NCBI GenBank assembly: GCA_913020725.1
Contig: CAJWCD010000052.1
Location: forward strand, 1-22,515
Source: an uncultured Pseudomonadota bacterium
GTDB lineage: Bacteria; SAR324; NAC60-12
Direction: 5' to 3'
Length of the DNA: 22,515 bases
Every line of letters begins with the position of its first letter. Within the stretch, counting starts at the first letter, position 1. Under the pieces are notes generated by a model that worked only from the letters and a program-made list of their open reading frames with translations, ran no database searches and was not told the DNA's origin. This document shows positions 19,333-22,515 of this stretch, one piece after another. The translations under genes and the position numbers were made by a program.

Positions 19333-19439
19333 CTATAACAATTGCTTGCATGGGCGCAATCAGGTAGCCCGTTTTTTGCAAAAGAGCAAGAGCGCAAAAA
19401 AAGATCTACCTGATTGCGCCCATGAGGCAGGCGTTAGCC
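19333..19439 (+). mobile_element. Integron attC recombination site (107 bp)
   Basis: R'' CTATAAC, 5-bp spacer AATTG, L'' CTTGCATG, GGCGCAATCAGGTAG ... TTTTTTGC/GCAAAAAA ... CTACCTGATTGCGCC, L' CATGAGG, 5-bp spacer CAGGC, R' GTTAGCC. L'' carries one extra base at position 4, as in canonical attC sites. Confidence 0.88.
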
Positions 19440-19478
19440 AACCCCAGTTTCAATAAACAATCGAATGTATTGCAGAAA

Positions 19479-20162
19479 ATGTTGCCTCGTTTGAATTCCG
19501 CAGAACTGAATGAAATCGAAACGGTCACCCTTCGCCATTACGATGACGATGCCCAATCTTTTTGGGAAGGGACAAAAGACCACGATGTCACGCAAAACCA
19601 CGAAGCCTTCTTATCGGCTTGCCTTCCGGGAAAGTCGCTCGACCTCTTGGATTTTGGATGCGGACCTGGGCGAGACATCAAGCATTTCAAAGCATTGGGG
19701 CATCGTCCTGTCGGCTTGGACGGCAGTACGGAGTTTTGCAGGCTCGCCCGTCGTTACACGCAGTGTCCGATCCTTCAACAAAGCTTTCTTGACTTGGAAT
19801 TGCCGAAAGCCGGATTCGATGGCATCTTCGCCAACGCCTCGCTCTTCCATGTCCCCAGTCAGGCATTGCCCGGAGTTCTCAATGAATTACACGACGCCCT
19901 GCGACCCGGCGGCATCCTGTTTTCTTCGAATCCTCGCGGTAACGATGAAGGGTGGCAAGGACAACGGTACGGTCATTACATGGAATTGGAGGCCAGCCAG
20001 TCCTATCTGAAAGCGGCTGGTTTCGAGATTTTGCATCACTATTACCGCCCTGCGGACAAACCCCGTCATGAACAACCCTGGTTGGCAATCGTGAGCCGAT
20101 CCGTGAATCGTGAGACGAATGAGAGTCCACCGACCGAATCCGCAGGTGCTCGTCATCGCTGA
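19479..20162 (+). CDS. Class I SAM-dependent methyltransferase; cassette gene
   Basis: LLDFGCGPGRD (motif I), VGLDGS, FDGIFANASLFHVP, LRPGGILFSSNPRG. The ORF-track ATG (19422) lies inside the attC, so ATG 19479 is preferred. Confidence 0.9.
   Translation: MLPRLNSAELNEIETVTLRHYDDDAQSFWEGTKDHDVTQNHEAFLSACLPGKSLDLLDFGCGPGRDIKHFKALGHRPVGLDGSTEFCRLARRYTQCPILQQSFLDLELPKAGFDGIFANASLFHVPSQALPGVLNELHDALRPGGILFSSNPRGNDEGWQGQRYGHYMELEASQSYLKAAGFEILHHYYRPADKPRHEQPWLAIVSRSVNRETNESPPTESAGARHR
20006..20159 (+). repeat. Direct repeat copy 1 (methyltransferase 3' end)
   Basis: 20006-20133 is identical to 22125-22252 (128 bp); the next 26 bp match 22253-22278 with 5 mismatches. Confidence 0.95.
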
Positions 20163-20197
20163 ACGGCGTCTGTCCGCACTCCTCGGCCTTGTCGTTG

Positions 20198-20349
20198 GGA
20201 AAGTGTACGGAAATCTAAAACACTTTGCGAACCCCTCTTTTTAGGGTTGTTATGATCGTCTTCCCTCATCAATTCAGCAACTTGCCGATAAAAACTTAAA
20301 AATCCTCAAGCAAAACCCTCATCATCCTTCATTGCATTCCAAGCTCTTG
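20198..20349 (+). pseudogene. Remnant of a ParE/RelE-like toxin (N-terminal half) preceded by the last codons of its antitoxin
   Basis: 20198-20218 reads GKCTEI*. The overlapping frame from 20218 reads KHFANPSF*GCYDRLPSSIQQLADKNLKILKQNPHHPSLHSK, matching the 'F W..Y..LP..IQ.LADK....LK.NP.HPSL.FK' ParE-like pattern, with TAG at 20242-20244 and no intact start codon. Confidence 0.75.
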
Positions 20350-20681
20350 ATGAACACAATGGAAATCGAGGGGTATCGTGCCGTGATCCGGTATGACCCA
20401 GAAATTGAAATGTTCCGAGGGGAGTTCCTTGGCTTGAACGGGGGCGCCGATTTTTACGCCTGCGACATTGAGGGGTTGCGCAAGGAAGGCTCGCTCTCGC
20501 TCAAGGTGTTTCTGGAGATGTGTGGGAAGAAGGAGTCGAATCCAAGAAAGCGCACTCCGGGAAGTTCAACGTGCGGGTTCCTCCGAGGCTGCACGCAACA
20601 ATCGCCAGTGCTGCCACTGCTGAAGGCAAAAGTCTGAACCAGTGGGTCGTGGATGCCTTGGGCCAAGCCGTCGCTTCCTAG
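20350..20681 (+). pseudogene. hicB: HicB-family antitoxin, frameshifted near 20524
   Basis: MNTMEIEGYRAVIRYDPEIEMFRGEFLGLNGGADFYA...VFLEMC, then in the shifted frame EEGVESKKAHSGKFNVRVPPRLHA...AEGKSLNQWVVDAL...* (ribbon-helix-helix tail). No hicA upstream. Confidence 0.85.
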
Positions 20682-20976
20682 ATGCCCCGCTACGCTCGGA
20701 AACGGCAGGACGGGCCATTGGTCTGCTCAAGCCAAAAGCGTGAGGGCATGGAATACCCCAGAGACTCTGTTCCGGACGGCCCCTGATATTCAGATTCCGC
20801 ATTATGGATATTTGAACATAACTCCGAGATGTCTGCGTTATGTTATCCATCAGGTCGAGCTCGTCCAGAACATCCTCCTTCCCACAGCAATGGCTTGACT
20901 CTGCTTGAGTATGACAATGAAGACAACCGCATTTTCGAGAAGTTGAGACAGGATTTCCTGAAAATGGAGATTTTGT

Positions 20977-20995
20977 GTATAATAACAAGTTCGCT
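20977..20995 (+). mobile_element. Putative attI-like simple site and cassette start
   Basis: GTATAAT-AACAA-GTTCGCT parallels attI1 CCCTAAA-ACAAA-GTTRRRY. GTTCGCT is the exact reverse complement of R'' AGCGAAC (21615-21621). No attC-type hairpin was seen upstream. Confidence 0.5.
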
Positions 20996-21062
20996 TTTTA
21001 ATAATTGCTTCTATCATTGAGTTTGGAACATCCTTTCAGTCCTGCTAAAAATAGGAGATAAA

Positions 21063-21605
21063 TTGAGTAAAACCAGATCAACAGATAAAACTCGAAAATA
21101 TTTAGAAAGTCTTACAAGAGATGAACTGATTGACTTGATTTTGAAGTTCTCCCCTCAAAGCTTTATTGATAATATCAATAGCCAATTTTCCAGTAAAAAA
21201 GAGGCACTGACTACATTTGAAAAAACTTCAAAAACAATTGACAAGATATTTTCTGATGAGGAATTGTTGTACTCCCCCAGTGAATTTGAGCGTAAATTAT
21301 TAAAGCAATTGGAAAAGCTCAGAGGTTTATGGGATAAATTGCCTTCACAAATTGGGGATTTGATCATCAAGATGATAGAAGATGTGGAACAAGCTTTTGA
21401 AGATGGCTGCCTTTATATTGAGAGGTATGGAGAAGAAGACGATTATTTTGAATCAGAAGATGTGAATGATTATGTGTTTCATTTCGTCAATAACCTGCCA
21501 GATGAAATGAAAATTGAGTATGTTGAGAGACTACGTGAAATACTTAATAACTCAGGGTATTCTACATTTATGAGTGCGGAACGTAAACTTTCTAAAATCG
21601 TATAA
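21063..21605 (+). CDS. Hypothetical protein (180 aa); cassette gene
   Basis: AGGAG RBS before TTG; strongly AT-rich; rich in E/K/D/L/I; followed 9 bp later by an attC. Confidence 0.8.
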   Translation: MSKTRSTDKTRKYLESLTRDELIDLILKFSPQSFIDNINSQFSSKKEALTTFEKTSKTIDKIFSDEELLYSPSEFERKLLKQLEKLRGLWDKLPSQIGDLIIKMIEDVEQAFEDGCLYIERYGEEDDYFESEDVNDYVFHFVNNLPDEMKIEYVERLREILNNSGYSTFMSAERKLSKIV

Positions 21606-21614
21606 CAAAGAGCC

Positions 21615-21739
21615 AGCGAACAAAAAATGGAGCTGATGTGGAGGGTTGCGCTTTTTCGAAAGTTTTCAATAGGTTGGACAAATCCAGCATTTATCAAGAT
21701 TAGTGTTCCCCTCCACACAGCTCATTTAGGTCGTTATCC
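21615..21739 (+). mobile_element. Integron attC recombination site (125 bp)
   Basis: R'' AGCGAAC, A-run spacer, then ATGGAGCTGATGTGGAGGG pairing with CCCTCCACACAGCTCAT with two unpaired bases in the left arm (an extra G, then an extra A), spacer, R' GTTATCC. Confidence 0.8.
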
Positions 21740-21762
21740 ATCAAACCCGTTCGTTTGTAATT

Positions 21763-22284
21763 ATGCGCTCAACAAATCTTTCTTCAGCAAAGCTGGCACA
21801 ATTACCGGAGCGACCCTGGGATCCGGATAATCGTTACACCGAAGGATTCATCAAAGCCTTCAATTGTTGGTGCCTGGAAATAAGTTACCGACAGCATACT
21901 CTCGGCTGTTACATCGTGTTTGCAAGGCGGCAGGTGGAGCGAATATCGGAGTTATCGAGTGAGGAACTTACAGAACTAGCTTTTGTAAATTCTGAGATCG
22001 AAACCGCTCTGACTTCGAATCCTATTTTTAGGCCGGACCAATTCAATTACTTGCAGCTTGGAAACCAACTTCATCACTTGCACCTTCACGGAATCCCACG
22101 TTATGTGTCTCCGCGAGAGGCGTTTCTGAAAGCGGCTGGTTTCGAGATTTTGCATCACTATTACCGCCCTGCGGACAAACCCCGTCATGAACAACCCTGG
22201 TTGGCAATCGTGAGCCGATCCGTGAATCGTGAGACGAATGAGAGTCCACCGAGTGAACCCGCAGGTTCTGGTCATCGCGGATAA
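21763..22284 (+). CDS. HIT-family protein, chimeric: C-terminal ~53 aa derive from the methyltransferase
   Basis: QHTLGCYIV, FRPDQFNYLQLGNQLHHLHLHGIPRY (HxHxH triad). After PRYVSPREAF the sequence switches to LKAAGFEILHHYYRPADKPRHEQPWLAIVSR, identical to the methyltransferase end. Confidence 0.85.
   Translation: MRSTNLSSAKLAQLPERPWDPDNRYTEGFIKAFNCWCLEISYRQHTLGCYIVFARRQVERISELSSEELTELAFVNSEIETALTSNPIFRPDQFNYLQLGNQLHHLHLHGIPRYVSPREAFLKAAGFEILHHYYRPADKPRHEQPWLAIVSRSVNRETNESPPSEPAGSGHRG
22125..22278 (+). repeat. Direct repeat copy 2 (methyltransferase 3' end)
   Basis: 128 bp identical to copy 1 at 20006-20133, plus 26 bp diverged. Confidence 0.95.
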
Positions 22285-22400
22285 CAAATCCACGGACCCT
22301 CAGCAACTCGGTCATGCTCCGGAAGCAACCCACCTGTTGCACTGACGGGTTGAATTCGCGTGAGTAAAAGCTGAGCAGTCGTAGAATCTGACGGTTTAAT
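22279..22400 (+). mobile_element. Degenerate attC-like site
   Basis: R'' GGATAAC contains the ORF stop; 5-bp spacer; CACGGACCCTCAGC pairs imperfectly with GCTGAGCAGTCGTA; inner GCAAC/GTTGC stem. The nearest GTT (22394) is 10 bp from L', too far for a canonical site. Confidence 0.5.
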
Positions 22401-22428
22401 GTACTGAAATTACTATAAAAAATCAGGA

Positions 22429-22514
22429 TGGTGCCGAGAGGGGGACTCGAACCCCCACGGGCATAGCCCACTGCCCCCTCAAGACAGCGTGTCTACCAGT
22501 TCCACCACCTCGGC
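22429..22514 (-). tRNA. tRNA-Leu (anticodon GAG) with encoded CCA
   Basis: Reverse complement GCCGAGG..GGTAGACACG CTGTC TT GAG GG GGCAG, long variable arm GGGCTATGCCC, GGGGG TTCGAGT CCCCC, TCTCGGC A CCA. Confidence 0.97.
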
Positions 22515-22515
22515 A

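Noticed and set aside
19345..19427. Long hairpin as a simple intrinsic terminator or REP/MITE
   Set aside because: No 3' U-tract and only one copy; R and L boxes with the extra base fit attC better.
18532..20244. In-frame stops at Trp positions (TGA 18532, TAG 20242) as a sign of codon reassignment
   Set aside because: TGA, TAG and TAA all end intact genes in this window; single G-to-A transitions in decaying fragments explain them.
20566..21020. ORFs 20566-20988 (-), 20653-20898 (+) and 20829-21020 (+) as genes or an intI remnant
   Set aside because: No recognisable motifs and no IntI N-terminal 'HYS.RTE..Y..W' pattern; they overlap hicB or the cassette boundary.
21627..21830. 67-aa ORF and the antisense ORF 21479-21718
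   Set aside because: They lie largely across the attC hairpin and are probably non-coding.
20006..22278. Direct repeats as IS ends, CRISPR repeats or att sites
   Set aside because: Only two copies, both coding sequence from a methyltransferase 3' end; no transposase, spacers or cas genes.

Overview
The window has a GC-rich core (1-~18440) and a mosaic, partly AT-rich accessory segment (~18490-22400) next to the 3' end of a tRNA-Leu(GAG) gene. The core holds a broken sensor-kinase C-terminus, an M20 (ArgE/DapE-like) amidohydrolase, an orphan protein, and a tightly coupled classical menaquinone operon: menF-menD-menB-[membrane-anchored alpha/beta hydrolase]-menA-menC-menE-[ATP-grasp ligase]. 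It ends with an MMPL/RND transporter, a YihY-family protein and two divergent exported proteins. The men operon has no recognisable menH, menI or menG. It does contain three unexplained parts: the hydrolase, a ~280-aa C-terminal extension on MenE, and a stop/start-coupled ATP-grasp enzyme. The accessory segment reads as an integron cassette array with no integrase in the window (CALIN-like). It has two good attC hairpins (19333-19439, 21615-21739), one degenerate attC, two possible attC scars, and an attI-like site at 20977-20995 whose core GTTCGCT is the exact reverse complement of the next attC's inverse core. Cargo is DUF1349, a SAM methyltransferase, decayed ParE-like/HicB toxin-antitoxin pieces, an orphan protein, and a HIT gene whose 3' end is replaced by a 128-bp exact copy of the methyltransferase tail. 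All calls come from manual reading and motif recall; no database search was run.
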